From Chrysomallon squamiferum (taxonomy: Eukaryota; Animalia; Mollusca), in contig CM022671.1 of assembly GCA_012295275.1 (NCBI GenBank), forward strand, positions 25,110,001 to 25,174,000: a stretch of 64,000 bases of DNA, read 5' to 3'. The notes beneath the pieces were generated by a model. The model was not told the DNA's origin and made no database searches. It worked only from the letters and a program-made list of their open reading frames with translations. Position numbers and translations under genes: made by a program. Of the stretch, positions 1 to 27,719 are shown piece by piece (the stretch's first letter is position 1; each line of letters starts with the position of its first letter).

Positions 1-37
1 ATGGTAAGACGTTCAGTAAAACAAACGTATAACATAC

Positions 38-12733
<12,696 letters not shown>

Positions 12734-14020
12734 CTTCAGAGGTTGGTCAGACGTAAAGCGTAATTTTAAGTTTCTAAAACTTATAATATTGTGTATTTAA
12801 TATATTATATAGGTAGGTCTGCATAATGCGAAACGTCAGTCATCTTGTTAGTAAACTTTCTGTCAGCCGTCAATAACTCAACGACAGGGATGGGTAGTCA
12901 CAACACTGGGCGTGTCTTCTTGTTTATTGTTTGTTCATAACAATACCGGGTGCGACCAGATGAGAAATATACACTATGAGACATAAGAAAGTTAATAGAG
13001 TCCACTGCAGTGGCACGTGACACACAGGCTGACAAACGGACTAACATACAGACAGACAGACAGACAGACAAAGACTGTTACATTATTTGCTCAGCCAGTA
13101 AAACAAATCTAATTTATTAAAATTAAAAGCAACAAAAGCTTTCTTAATAAATAAAATTAAGCCAACAAATTAGAGAGTTATAAAAGATAAAAATTTAGTA
13201 ATAAAACATATTTATATAAAAAAAAAAACTAATATTTGATGAATAAACATTAAATGTATGAATACCATATGTATGTCTAAATAAATAATTAACAACAACA
13301 AAACGCAACAACAACAACAACAAAAATAATAATAATTTAAATAAATAATAAAACTATTTATGTATTTATGACAGACGAACACCGTTAAATAATATTAAAA
13401 TTATTTCGTTTTCTTACATTAAATTAAAATATCCTTAATGATTAAAGACTAGTTTTTATTAAAAAAAAAAAAAATTGCCTGGCTATATCTTTCTCAACGA
13501 TGCAATATAGCTTTTTAATTATATCTGCAAGTCAAACGTCAGTTTCTTTTTCTGTGTCTTACTGTCTTATTGTAATGTCTGCATCATTAACATATTCACT
13601 GCCGAAAGGATTTCGCTATTTAATTTGATCTATAGTATAGGCAAAACAATAATCAGACACCATACTGGACTGATGGACATAAGATGCACCATATCGGGTA
13701 TAATTTAAACGTCAACATGATCTTATTTGCAATAATGCATACTAGTTTTCAAATGTCGACATTTTCTTCTGTTTATTATTACATAATGCAAACGTCAAAA
13801 TTTTCAGTTTAATGAGTAATTCAAATTTCAGCATTATCTTATGCTCGTTAATGTCTAATTCAATGTCCATATTATCCCACGTGGTTTAATTTCTGATTCA
13901 AACGTCAAACGTTATCTAAGACAGATGATTGAGAAAATGTGAAAGAAACAGAGAAAAGACCGAGACAAAGAGACAAAGGTAAAACATTCAGAACTTTCAG
14001 AAAAGGAGAGAAATATATAC

Positions 14021-14111
<91 letters not shown>

Positions 14112-15214
14112 CATTTTCTTAATCGTTCCATTAAGTATAATTAAGTACTAAATGTTTAACAAAAAAATGACTAAACAAAAATCGTTCATAAAGACATTCG
14201 TGTTCATGTGTTTACTTATTAATAAAATAGTCTAATCCACAAATAAATATTTTAGCCGCAGTGTTTTGTGTACGTACAAGATGTAGATTAGTAAGTTCTT
14301 TGAACTAACCAGTCGCACCCACTGCTCGGCCCGGTGTGTAATCGGAGATAACCGTGTTTCACCAGAGGTACATTGTTGCCGAATATTTTGTTAGTTTCGC
14401 GGCATAATTTGTTGCAAGTGATTGAACTGCTTGTTCAAAGAACAGACCAGGATTTCGGTTGTTTGACAACGTGTCGACGGCAAAGCCAAGAGAAGAAACG
14501 CGATCCACGGGACGAGACGAAGCCGTTTCTGCTATAGAGGTACGAAAACCGCCATCTTGCCCGAAACGTGCGTGCAATAATGGAAGTATATCGTGCAAGT
14601 TCAAGTCTTTTGTCCTGCGAAAAGCCAACTTATTAAGTTTTTCCTAAATCATCACTAGAACGTGCGTGCGAGAAAGAAACTCTCTTCCCCTCGTACATAA
14701 TAATGATAATAATTCTTTCATAAACGATATATTTAATATTAATATAAAAGCCGTGGGAAGGGTTCCTTCATTGTAACCGTGCACGTGCTTCCAAGGCGGG
14801 TAACTCTGCAAACTGTGTAAAATCAGATTAAAGGACAAAGAGTGTACTGCGCCACAGAGAATACTGGATAGTTTTTTTTTTTTTTCAAAAAGAATTCCTG
14901 TGAGGCAGAAAACTGATAGCTTTGACTCATAATTTTTCTTTCTTTCTTTCTTCTACACGATATTTATTTCAGCACGACTGTGACAGCAGTGATCCATGTC
15001 ACACTGACACGCTAGCAAAACTAATTTCGAGTGCAGTAAGTGCTAGCGTTTTAAGAGTTCCTTAACATATGTTTAGTTCTCATATACCTTTAGGTATTAC
15101 ACATACATTTATAGATACATACATATCATCATACATACATACATACATACATACATAACGACATCTCCATATTTGAATTTCCTACTGTATATATAAGTAT
15201 GTATGTATGTACGT

Positions 15215-15247
<33 letters not shown>

Positions 15248-16355
15248 CATACACACACATATATACAGAGAAAGACAGAGATACCCAAATACACATACAT
15301 TTACACATACACATTCATACTAAAGGGCCATATTAACAAACGAAATGTCAAACTGACGCTATTATATAACAATGATACAATCCCTAGAATAAAATTCTTT
15401 TCTTCCTCTACTTCATTGTTTTTACTTATTTGTTTGTTTTGTTTTGTCTTATTAAATGTTTTTTTTTTGTTTTTTCTTTTTTTTTCTTTTTTTTTTCCCC
15501 GTTTTAGGTGAAAGAAATAAACAAGAAAACAATAATAGTTTCGTCATGCTTTTAAAATAAACTTACAGTTCTTCTTTTTCTTATCTTTTTTCTTTTCTTT
15601 TCTTTTCTGTCTTTTCTTTCTTTTCTTTTCTATTTCTTCTTTTTCTACTTTATTGTTGTTGTTGTTGTTTTTAATTCTTTTTTATTGGCCTATGGTTCTG
15701 TTGACAGTTCTCAAAAATATGGCATAGTAGGTCGAAGGATCAAATCTGCATGACGCAACGTCTGTTAAGATATTTCACTTTTCAGATTGATCCCAAGACT
15801 GACTTTGATCTACATCACAAGTGTTATCTAATCAGGGGCAGTAACAGAAATCCTTTGTATTATAAATATAAAAATTAAATATTAAATACTTAATTATCAT
15901 TATTTATTAATATGCTAAGGTATTAATAAAACATTTAAACTTATTATTTATTATTTATTTATTTTTTTTTATTTTTTTATGAATGTGTATTTTTATCTAT
16001 TTATGTATATATGTATATCTACGTATATTATATATGTGTGTACGTACGCATGTATATATGAATATACCAAATTTTTCTTTAATTATTCATCATTTTTTTC
16101 TTGTTTATTTTGTTTTGTTGTTGTTTTTTGTTTGGTTTTTTTTGTTTGTTTTTTGTTTGTTTTGTTTTTGTTTTTTTTCTTCTTTTATTTCTTAATTATT
16201 TGTTTTGTTATTTTTTTGTTTTTTTTTTTTCTATTCTGTTTTCCTGTGTTTGATGGGCGTGTGAGATACAGTAGTTATAGGGAGTGGCTTGGTGAATGAA
16301 GAAACCACGCCTTCATTTTCTGGATGAACTAAGTTCTGTTGCATAGCGAAGATTG

Positions 16356-16361
16356 TATAAA
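16356..16361 (+). promoter_or_regulatory. TATA box of the small CBM14 gene
   Basis: TATAAA about 65 nt upstream of the ATG at 16423. Confidence 0.5.
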
Positions 16362-16422
16362 TCACCATATTTTCAAATTAATAACAACCTCAGACATCGA
16401 GATTTTGTCTTCGACGACAAAG

Positions 16423-16564
16423 ATGGCCAAGCTTATAATTATTACTGTCGGTAAGTTCTATTTACAATAGAAATAATTCAAAGTCAGAAAAACAGTAAGA
16501 TAGTTTAATAATATAATCTCTATAGAGAACATATTAGGTCCGAAGAAATAATTAATTATAAACC

Positions 16565-16648
<84 letters not shown>

Positions 16649-19387
16649 ATCTCTCTATCTCTCTCTGTCTTTCTCTCTCTCTGTGTCTCTCTCTGTCTCT
16701 CTGTCTCTGTATCTATCTCTCTTTTTGAGTGCGTCTCTCTGTGTGTCTCTCTCTGTCTCTCTGTCTCTGTATCTATCTCTCTTTTTGAGTGCGTCTCTCT
16801 GTGTATGTGTCTATATACTTATATATATATATATATAGACACACACACACACACATACACACACATACACATATACATAAACAGAGAAAGAGCTTTCTAT
16901 CCCCATCCCTTTCTCCATCTTTCTCTCTTTCCCCTCTTGTTCTCTCTTTCTTTCTTAGTCTGTCAATCTCTATCTCATTTTTTTCCTTTCTCTGTGTCTC
17001 TTTCTTTTCACCTAAGACTTTAGGTTTTTGTATTTTCTCTTTATCCTCCAGTGTTTGCTACCTAGATAGTTAAAACCATATTTTTTACATATAACTAATG
17101 CTAAAGTTGTATATAAAACAGTTAGTTTTAATGGTTAGTAGATCTCGATAACTTTTTTTAGTCTGACAAACAATGAATCGCATGATCAAATCTAGATATT
17201 GCTGTTTGGCTAATACCAGTTCCAGGCACTGTCCTGTTACTGTTGGTAAATCGAAATATTTATGTATAAATATGTGATGAAAGATCGTTTAATTGTAAGT
17301 TACGATAATGTGAAGATTTACTTATTATTTTTATTTATTTATTTAGTTTTTTTAATAAAATTGCACAACTGCTTACTATAATACAGACAAGTAATATTAA
17401 AACATGCTAAGATTTCGTTAAATGAATATTCATTTTGTATTCTTGTAATCTAAAATATTGTTCTAATAAATTAATAAAAATCAAGAAAACAATAGATAAA
17501 TCATGCTAAATCTCTTTAATTATTTTTGTTGATTACAGCTCTGGCGATGCTTTTCGGTGAATGTCAAGGTCAAACGGAAGGCGCCGCGTGCTCCGAGTCG
17601 TCCAGCGTGATGAAAGCCGACCCAGCGGGAGACTGCTCCAAGTTCTTCCGCTGCGAGGCAAACAAATACATGTCCTACGTCTGCACCGCGGGCATGGTCT
17701 TTGACAACGACCACTGCACCTGGCCGGAGATGTCACGGTCGTCTTGCAAAAGTAATTTCTTTGTTTCTCTTATACAAAATATGACTACAGTTGTTGTTGT
17801 TTTTTTTTTTTTTTTTGTTTTTCGTCGGTTTAATAGTAAAGAGATGTATAATATAATATAACTGTATTATGTAGCTAGAAATGTCTTGTAACAAATATAT
17901 ATATAATATAATGTATAAGCTTGATAATACATATAATATATGTAACGGCAGCGTGCTTTGTAACAATAACATACATACTTTTGTTCATTTTTATTTTTTA
18001 TTTATTTTATTTTTTCTTCTAGAATTTCAATTTTAACATTTTATGTTACGAATTATATGGCATTCTTTTAGTCCGATAAAGGATGATGTTACAACAAACG
18101 TATTAATCTGTATCTACGTATTTAAGAAACACGGTAATCTAATATTTCACTGCCACAAATAATTTATTATATTTATGCGGGTTTTTTTTTTTACTTCGTC
18201 TGTAGAAGAACATAGAAATATAGCCGTCCAAGTTCGTAAAGAAAGGACAAGTAATGGAATTTAACACCCCATACTTTCTTCTGGCGATAACTGAAAAAAT
18301 GTTATAAAGATATTTTTTTGTTAATATTTTTTTAAATGAAAGCATTATCTAGCATTAAATTAATAAAATCAAATGAATATAAGGCCATATGACATATAGA
18401 AAATGTTTGGTATGTCATATTACAGTATGTTTGTTTTCGATTGCTTACTTATATTACAAAAAGAATATAATTTAATTTGTAATACGACATTAATTGATAA
18501 ATTATCTTTTGTGTCTGGGTTTCTGGTTGTGGGCGAGTGTGTGTAGGTATGCGTCGTATATATTGTATTATAACAACTGTATAGAATAAAGGAAGAGACA
18601 GAATATGAATAGGTCGAGCGTTATACAAATCACAGAATTCCAAAAATAATTAAATTTAAAATGCACGTAGTAGATCACTTTCACTGCAAGACAGGGAGGA
18701 GACAACCGGAATTCCAGATTTTCCAGTTTTTCAACCAAGGTTTAACATATAGCTACAACATAAAATGAAAAGTGAACAATGAAATTTCATTTAACAGTGG
18801 AAATTAATACACTTGGAAGCGGGATATCATAATCTTTGCATCACAACGCATTTAAGGCGAGCTAATTTTTCTATAATCTCTTAAACAAATGAGAACATTT
18901 TCCTGTTCATTCAACTGCGCTGTGTTTCTCTTCCATACCAAATTATCCTCTTCATTTATTGCTAGTACGTTTTCTTAGGAAGCATTTCCCATGAGCACAA
19001 CTTAAGTCGGTTAAGTTGGCAAAAGCAATTTGGCAAAAGCGATTTAACACTAAATCGGTAAGCACGAATACTGAATAAGATTGCAGTGAAAACAAATTGT
19101 CCGTAGCGTCAAACTAAGCCATTTAATTTTCGATCTGTCGGTTTCAGCATGGCTTCAAGCCGTTGCACTGACGATGTAAAATAAGAATACGACAACGTTC
19201 TTTTTGTGTCAGTAAAAGTTATTTTATTTTTATTTAACGCACTGGTGGAAACTCCATAAAGTGTACTTCGTCGTGTGGTAAAAATTGTGTAAATTTCTTG
19301 AAACTTTTTACTTGCCCCAGGGTGCGGTTTTGCATATAGTAAAAGTTAAGCCAATTACGTATGTTGTTGCTTTTTTCAATCAAGTAG

Positions 19388-19424
<37 letters not shown>

Positions 19425-20354
19425 TTTTTTATTTTTAATTTTTTAATTTTTTAATTTGTTTTTTGTTGTTGTTGTTGTTTTGTTGTTTTTGTTTGTGTTT
19501 TTATTGTTGTTTTTGTTGTTTTTTAATACATCGTTTCAAATTCGGTGGTTCTTATGTCTGAGATCTATGTAAAATTATCTACCAATAGTGCAATTCCCTG
19601 CAGATGTAAAAAGGTCCTGTAAATTGATCCTAATGGCCCCAAAAAAGTGAAGGAGATAGAGTATATTAATTTGTTGTTGAAAATACCTTTCCTTTAATGT
19701 GATTACCGAGCGTATTAAATTGCGATTGAAATAGTTTGTTTGAATGAGCGTATATATCTAATACATATTAATAGTTTTACACTGCGCTTTAAGCACATTT
19801 TAATCGTTTCTGATATAAATTAACTTGTTTTCTCTTCTATTTTCAGCGCCAACGAGATCTGGTGTACCGCTAATTTCCATCGATCAAACCACAAGTATGT
19901 ATTTTATTTTTATTTTATCTTTGTTATTAAACATTGCATTATTAACACATATGGGATAAAAACAAAATTATAACTGCGATATTTTTATACAATGTATGGA
20001 TCATGTTTTTATTTTAAGAATATTAAATGAATAAATTTCTTTATGTAATTTGGGGGTTTTATTTCCGCCAGACTGTTTGTTGTTGTTGTTGTTTCCGGGT
20101 TAGTGTGTATGTTTTTTTTTAGGGGTGGGGTGGGTTTTTTATTTTGTTTTTTTGGGTTGGTTTTTTTATTTTTTATTTTTTATTTTTTTTTTATTGTTTT
20201 TGGATTGTTTTTTTTTTTTACTGATATGAATTATAACTACTGTTTATTTTATTTATTTTTTATATATATTATTATTTTTTTTTTTTTTGCTGACTATATC
20301 TACAGTTTATTTAATTTTTTATTTTATTTTACTAATACGAGTTATAACTAGTGT

Positions 20355-20385
<31 letters not shown>

Positions 20386-20642
20386 TTTTACTGATACGCG
20401 ATATAACTAGAGTTTATTTTATTTCAGCCTGTGTTTATCAGTGTCCGGCGACACAGTCCACAGTGTATCCGGACTGGAACGACAACGGCAAGCTGTACAT
20501 CTGTAAAAGCGGGAAGCTGTACCTGGCGTCGTGCTCTGACCTTGGGACATCCCCGTCCTACTCCTACTTCGACCCAACCTTTAAGTCCTGCGACCAAATC
20601 CAGTCAAGCCGCAACGTGCACTTTGTGCAGTTCAGACGTTAA
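16423..20642 (+). CDS. Small secreted protein (167 aa) with one canonical and one degenerate chitin-binding type-2 (CBM14) domain
   Basis: Exons 16423-16450, 17539-17751, 19847-19894 and 20428-20642 (504 nt, all introns phase 1, GT-AG). Signal peptide MAKLIIITVALAMLFGECQG. Domain 1 is CSESSSVMKADPAGDCSKFFRCEANKYMSYVCTAGMVFDNDHCTWPEMSRSSC (six Cys). Domain 2 is CPATQSTVYPDWNDNGKLYICKSGKLYLASCSDLG...YFDPTFKSCD. Confidence 0.85.
16681..16800. repeat. 60-bp tandem duplication in CT-rich intron sequence
   Basis: 16681-16740 and 16741-16800 are identical except for the first base. Confidence 0.9.
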
Positions 20643-22005
20643 CCAATCAGAGGCGTGGAAAACGCAGCTAAGACGCTGTATCTGAAAATAATTTTCTTCA
20701 GTTTCTTTTTTTCTGTAAAATAAAAAAATAATAAAAGCAAAAACGTAATAAAATAGAAAGATAGAAAAATCAGAGGGGCTTTGATGTTCGTATTATGTTC
20801 TTGTATAAAATGATCGACTTTGCAAAATTATTATAATATAATGCCGGCAGTAATTGAATTAATATCTTAATGTTGTTCATTTTGCTAATGCGTGTCTGTA
20901 ATAAATTTAAAAACTAATTTATATCTGTATTCAAAAAGTTGTAATTAGAATGATCATTTGGAACCTAAATTGAAATCTTTTTTTATTTGTAGATTTTTTT
21001 TTTTTTTTTTTTTTTTTTAGTTTTTATTTTAAGAGAAATTTAAATTTGTTATAAACTTTTCCACATAGCCATTAAATTTGTGTTTAAATAAAATTATAAC
21101 CGCTGCTATTGGTATGTTATTATCAACTGTTTATGCTTAGTAAACAAAATAAATGAAGTAAAATTATTTAAAAAAAAACAAAAATAAATATAATTAAAAT
21201 AACTCTCTCTCTTATGAAGACTGAACACAATCATAGCTTCATAATGATGGAGGGGGTTAATAAAATGTAAAAATTTAAATAAAAAGACGAATAAGACTGG
21301 AAATAACGTACTATGCAGAACAAAATTATATATATATATGTCAGCTTCCTCAGTTATCTGACCATGATTTACATCACTTTTTTAATTGTTTAGCGACAAC
21401 AGTGAAACCAGTTAGTGTCCCAGAGTGAACCGTAAAACCAGTATCTGTTGTCTGCTACCATTTTTACAGACTCCAGTTAAACTAGTAGTATTTCATTTTT
21501 CAGAATAAAAACTATGAAATTCCAGAACTTAAACACGCACACGCATACACACACGTTCTACACAGATACACAAATGTCATTAGCATACCGTACGGTTAAG
21601 GAAGGATTGTTTCTATTTGTAGAATCTTCTTCTGTTCACGATTTAGTGTTAGCAATAAGCCAGTATTAATTTCATAAAGACAGCTAATCTTTTTCATTTA
21701 TCTGTTTATATTCTCTGTATTACTACTAATTAGCACTGTAGATTTTATTGTTCAAAATAAATCATCAGCAAATGAAGACTGCATATAAATTGTGGATTCT
21801 AATCTCTTTATCGATTGCAGTTAGCTGTTTAGTAATGAAATAAATAATTAATTAATTTATAATTTAATGAATTATAGATGAATTTAAAAATATAAATGTT
21901 TTGTGTTAAATTACCAAAACAATGCAAAATATCAAATTTATAATTTATTGTTAATGATTTCGTTTCAAAATTGTTTACATATTTAAAGATTATATGTTCT
22001 CGTAC

Positions 22006-22048
<43 letters not shown>

Positions 22049-23535
22049 GCAACAACAACAACAACAACAACAATATCAATAATAATAACGATAGTGATGA
22101 TGATTGTATATATCATACATTTTTATTTCATTTTATTAATTTTATTTATTTTTTTTTAATTAAGGCTATAGGTTTATTATGTTAATAACAAATACATCAG
22201 CAACGTACATAACGTAGACATCGATGGAACATCACACGAAATATTTGTGAATGAGCAGGAACAAGATCAAGACACCGAGTTTAAAATATGATATTTCATT
22301 GCCTGTTTACGAAACATTAAGCTATTTGTTATCAGTGAAACAATCGTTTAAGCAACGATTCCAGAATCTCAACCTCAACATTTGACATCTGATTTGATCT
22401 GAACTGAACCGTATTTACACTCTGGATGTATTTCAACGGCATTTGAGATACCCTGTATAAAATATAACAACATAATACATCACATTCCTTAAAGTAATGA
22501 TATATTCATACATTTATACATGTAAACAGGTTTATACCTACAAATGCGTCGTATATTATTTACAGACAGAGTATATATTTTACATAAAATTAAAATCATA
22601 AAAAAATATATATATTTCAGCCTTGGATCTTACAAATATTCATAATTTTTGGCAGAAAACTGTTAGCTTAATGGTGAAAAATCAAATTAATATTAATTAT
22701 GTATAAAATGCAAAACACGACTACAGTTAAGCGGGGAAAAATAACAATTTCCTGTTCGTAGAAATTGAGGGCAAAAAAGAAAAAAAAAGATAATTAAGTT
22801 AAGAGCGGTTGTGTTTTATGTGGTTCACAGAACAAGTATTTAAAATAGAAATGACAAAATCCATTATCTTAAACTAGAACATCATAAATATGAAATGTTT
22901 TTTTGTTATGGTTATAGAACATTAAAGATGAACAGGTTTTATTATAAATACAGAGAAAAATAATAAATACGGACTGACAAGTACTCCGTTTTCCTACAGT
23001 ATACTCACATATGATCTGACAGATACGAACTTAATTACCTTTTTTGGGTATATAAACATATATTTAAAAATTTAAATAACGACAAACGTACAGAAACATG
23101 TATTTAAATAACCTAATAAATGTTATATGGGATATTAAGAATAAATCAAAATGTAAGAAGTTTAGATGAACATTTTAACTTTAATTTATACAGAAGATCG
23201 TGTTTGAAAATGTCATGTACGCAAACTGTTTGATTCCGGCTACTGTTCATTTATCATTATTCATCAGCCATTAAAGCTCACATTGTACTGCAACAAGTGC
23301 ATTTCACGATCTGGTTTCTTGACAATGTTTATTTCCACGTGGAATTCAAGCTTGGAGCTTGTCATCAATTAACGTCCTGTTTTTCTTCAAGACGAGAATA
23401 TTGGCATTTAAGTAGAGCTACTTCAGAAGAATTTACATCTCTAACCAGCTCTCTCACTTAAATCGCCGCCGTAAAAGAAAGGAAAACATGAATAAAATAA
23501 ATAAAACATAGAGTCTGGGTTTTTTTTATTATTAC

Positions 23536-23574
<39 letters not shown>

Positions 23575-23892
23575 CATATTCGTCATCAAAACTCGTGCTT
23601 ATCGTAATAATAACGGTACACATTACTGTTGTCATTGTTTCTATTTTTAGAACTCCTAACGGTCGAGGGAAGTTAACGTGGTTATCGTTCCTTTTCTAAC
23701 ACCTGCACGTCTTCTATTGAATAAAACGAACAAAAAGCGTTACATATAGCGTCATGGCGTGTTCAGAAAGTCTACTGTCAGAGTCGACTCGATAAAACTC
23801 GGCTGAAATGAATCGGTAGGCTTTCATGATAAAATCCTGTCTTTTATTTTTCTTTTTTCTTTTTTATTTTTCACTCAAATTTATCTGTATGT

Positions 23893-23923
<31 letters not shown>

Positions 23924-24658
23924 TATTTTTTTAGAACTACTACTATTGTTGTTGTTATTGTATTTTTATTAGTATTACTAATATCGTATATAATACACAC
24001 ACACACACATATATAAATCTAATCCTGTCTTCTTTTTTAATTACATTTTCCTGATGAACGTCTGTTATTTTAGAACGTGATGCCGACACCACTTTCCCAC
24101 AGACGGTGAATCTGAGCTACACTTGCATTCCTCTGTGCTTGTCGACGTGTTGAACTTGCTACAAGACGGCTTTACAACTCCCGTTAACAAGTCGGTAATG
24201 GTCGATTTAATGTTTTCGTTTGTCTCAAGGGACTCTTCGTGCAGTGTGTAAAATGAAGAGGAAAATAAATTAGTAAAAACTATCGACTGACATTTCCGAG
24301 TATCCGATAACTGATAAACACTGTTCTCTAATGCTTTTCCGACCGAGGTAATTGATTATATTTATGTGCACGCTGGAGAAAAAAGAAAGAAAGAAAATAA
24401 AAACATTGTCTTGCTTTCTTCTAATAGATTAAAAGGCGAAAAAAAAAAACTAAAGGAGCGTTGTAACTGGTCTGGTGCGCTGCTAGCGGGGGGAAATGAT
24501 AGACAGTGCGGCGATAACCGAAGCCTGAGGATACAAAGCAAGTTTTGAGGTTTATGTTGATATACGCACGTATACGAGGCGGCGAGGAAGCGTAAAGTTT
24601 TATCTGGGTAATTCGGAGCACGAAACAACATGCCGTGGGCAAACCGTAACTCGAGGAA

Positions 24659-26322
24659 ATGCCGCTCAAGTTTGCTTGTCGCTGCAAAGTGAAGTCGTCC
24701 GTCGTCTGCATCGTTCTGTACATCGTCGCGTTCAACGTGCTCTGTCTGTATTACCTGACGAAGTCGACGTCGCCGTGGATGATGAGCCATGGGCCGTTCT
24801 ACATGCCCGGGCCGCGCTGGAACACCTGGACGTGTAAACCGGTGAGAATGTCGTCGTCACCGATGTCGCTGACAGCTCTCGCTAGTTTTCCGGGTTCGGG
24901 CAACACGTGGGTTCGACACCTGATACAACAAGCTACAGGTGAGTTGACGTATGCTTTGAATAAAGGGAGGGGATAACTGAATGAATGAATGAATGTGTAA
25001 ATGGATGGATAAATGGATGGATGGACGGAATTATATAAAAACAAACAAACATTTTTGACGTTACTGGGTGTCAAACGATACTAACTATATACTACTGCTA
25101 ATACTACTACTATTATTATCACTTAAAACAATAACTAATAATAATTCTGTGACTACTGTTATGAGTATTACTGCTACGTTATAACAACAACTCATTACTA
25201 GTTTTACTGTTACAGTAATAACCACTAGGCGGCCCACTAATTATACTACTGTCACTATCACTAAAACGACGACTATTAAATAATAATTAGAAAAACAACA
25301 ACAACAAAAACAACAACGATGTTTTTCTGTAATAGAATGTGTACATAACACGCGATATGCGCACGATCAATCGGCTTTAGTACTTAGACACGTTTAATTT
25401 CCGTTACAGCAAGGAACTTTACGCTTTTTTTGTTGTTTTTTGTAACTAGAGAAGATTTCATGAACTAATATTATCGATTAGCATCAGCACATAATCTGTT
25501 TGGTTTTTTTTTTGCACCTGCGTACCAGTAACCTAGTACATTATATTATCTTCAATAAAAGGTAAACAGCCTGAAGGCACAAAGAGAAGATCTGACTCCG
25601 AGACCCATCACGTTTCAATCACTCGGTTTTACAAATCAGTAACAATTCCATGCGTATTTACGACCGCAACAAAATATTATTGAAAAGAAAACCGATAAAA
25701 CTGTATGTGCCGTCAGGCAGCGCCGTACTGCAATACAAGCGAAAGAGAAACCGCTATGTAATATTTCAGAAACAAACAAACTTAAGTAAATTCCAAAACA
25801 AAGAAGAAAAAAGGAGTCTATGTCCGATGGGTCAGAACGACTCTCGGTTGTAAAAAGAGCCGTGTTCTTGTGTGAGTGAATGTTCTTGTGTGTACGTATG
25901 TAGATGTGTACGTAAACAGGTAGGCAGAGGTATACGTATATATATATATATATATACAGTTAATAACACATATAATCTCCTGTTGTGTCTGTATATTTTT
26001 ATCTATGTACACACAATACAGGTATGAGTTATACAGAATTATATATGTATAACCGACGACCGTGTTGCTTCTCTTCTTGCTCTGCTTGTTGGCATCTTCG
26101 TGTCAAAAGTGGCGATTTTATCAGCTTACTGTTATCATGGTACGATAAAGGACCTTCGTGCACAATCGGTGATATTCGTTTAATCAGAGCCAGATGTAGC
26201 GAGTCGAAACTCAAATAGGTTATCACTGATATCATGTAATACAGAATACAAATGTCAGGACGATGATAGCGACATTTGATACTGAAAATTGATTATGACG
26301 ACGATAGCCGTTTTATATATAT

Positions 26323-26355
<33 letters not shown>

Positions 26356-26686
26356 TCTGTACACACTGGACTATGGTAATGATGAATGTTTTACATACAG
26401 GTGATCACTGATGACGAAGGTGATGAAGGAGTTACATGTGGGATATTGATGATTATTACTGTTTTACAGACTAGATATTGATGATAACCAGTGCGCATTG
26501 GTTATCATAATATTTTTATATAATGATACTGATGATGATTGTTTTACGTTTTATTTTTGTATTCTGTCTCGGCTACCACTACTGCCACTACTACTACTAC
26601 TACTACTGCCACTACTACTATAACTGCTACTACTACTGCTACTACTCCTACTACTAATACTATTAATACTACTGCTACTGTTACTG

Positions 26687-26731
<45 letters not shown>

Positions 26732-27687
26732 ATAATAATAATAATAATAATAGTGGCAAATATGACTTCTAACAGAACTAACACACTAACGTACTAACAT
26801 ACCAGTGGAAGCATTCTCACGCAAGCCGCAAGTTATTCGCACGATTTTCCTCACACGCGTGTTCTTTTACTGCACCACTCGATTAACGAAACCACTGACC
26901 TGCAGCAACAGTTTGTTGTGTTTAATGACACAAGAGAAACACGTTAACAATGTTAACACAAGATTGTATCAGCACTTTCGTCAGCTCAACGACATGACAG
27001 GAACCCACTGATCACAATGCAATCAATAATTGTTTACGTTTAACGACACCACTAGAAGACTTGCGCTGATCACAGATTAGCGATGTTTTTATTTTCTTTA
27101 GCAGACGGTGTTAGGATTGTATCAAGAGTTTTGTTAGCAGCATTACTAGAAAATAATAATTAAACGGGGGAAATCTGTTCTCTGTTTATGTAGTTTACTG
27201 TCTGGATTGAATTGAATACGGCTATAAAGCAGTCTTTTGATCTTGATCAGCAAAGGCAGTTCATGACAAAATGGCAATGAATTTCCTTTTACATTCTTCG
27301 TTATTACGAAATAATACGTCTGTCATCTAATAAGGGAGATTGAATTACTAGACTGTTTAAAGTGCCTCGGACAAGGTATTTATAAACTGACTAATAAAAG
27401 TATTTGTGTTTCCAATTTATTATTTTATTGTTTTGACGCGACCTTTCATCGCTCAGAATAACGTGTAACAAAACAAAAATAATACTTTTAGTATAAAACA
27501 ATTTTAACGCCGCCATCTTATCGCTTCACAGTTAAATTCGTGTCGTCAATACATACGTGATCGCTGTATTTTTTTTTTCTGACGAAACATTTGAAAAAGA
27601 TTTTGAGAAAATTGGTCCACTCTGCATGCAATTCCTTCAAGAATTTTTTCAAGAATTTATTTTTTTTTTGAAAATAAAAATAAAAAA

Positions 27688-27719
<32 letters not shown>

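Noticed and set aside
14359-14628. 89-aa minus-strand ORF as a coding gene
   Set aside because: It has no ATG start (TTG), no recognisable motif, and no frame-compatible link to neighbouring exons that I could establish.
14979-15049. Two adjacent small hairpins (TGTGACA/TGTCACA and ACGCTAGCA/TGCTAGCGT) as an H/ACA RNA
   Set aside because: The stems are short, and there are no properly placed H or ACA boxes or pseudouridylation pockets.
22200-22460. Possible mariner-like MITE end (ATACCCTGTATA)
   Set aside because: No matching opposite TIR or transposase remnant was found.
26030-26220. Hydrophobic reading frames inside WSCD intron 1 as an alternative exon or nested gene
   Set aside because: All plus-strand frames close with stops, and no consistent start and splice pair was found.
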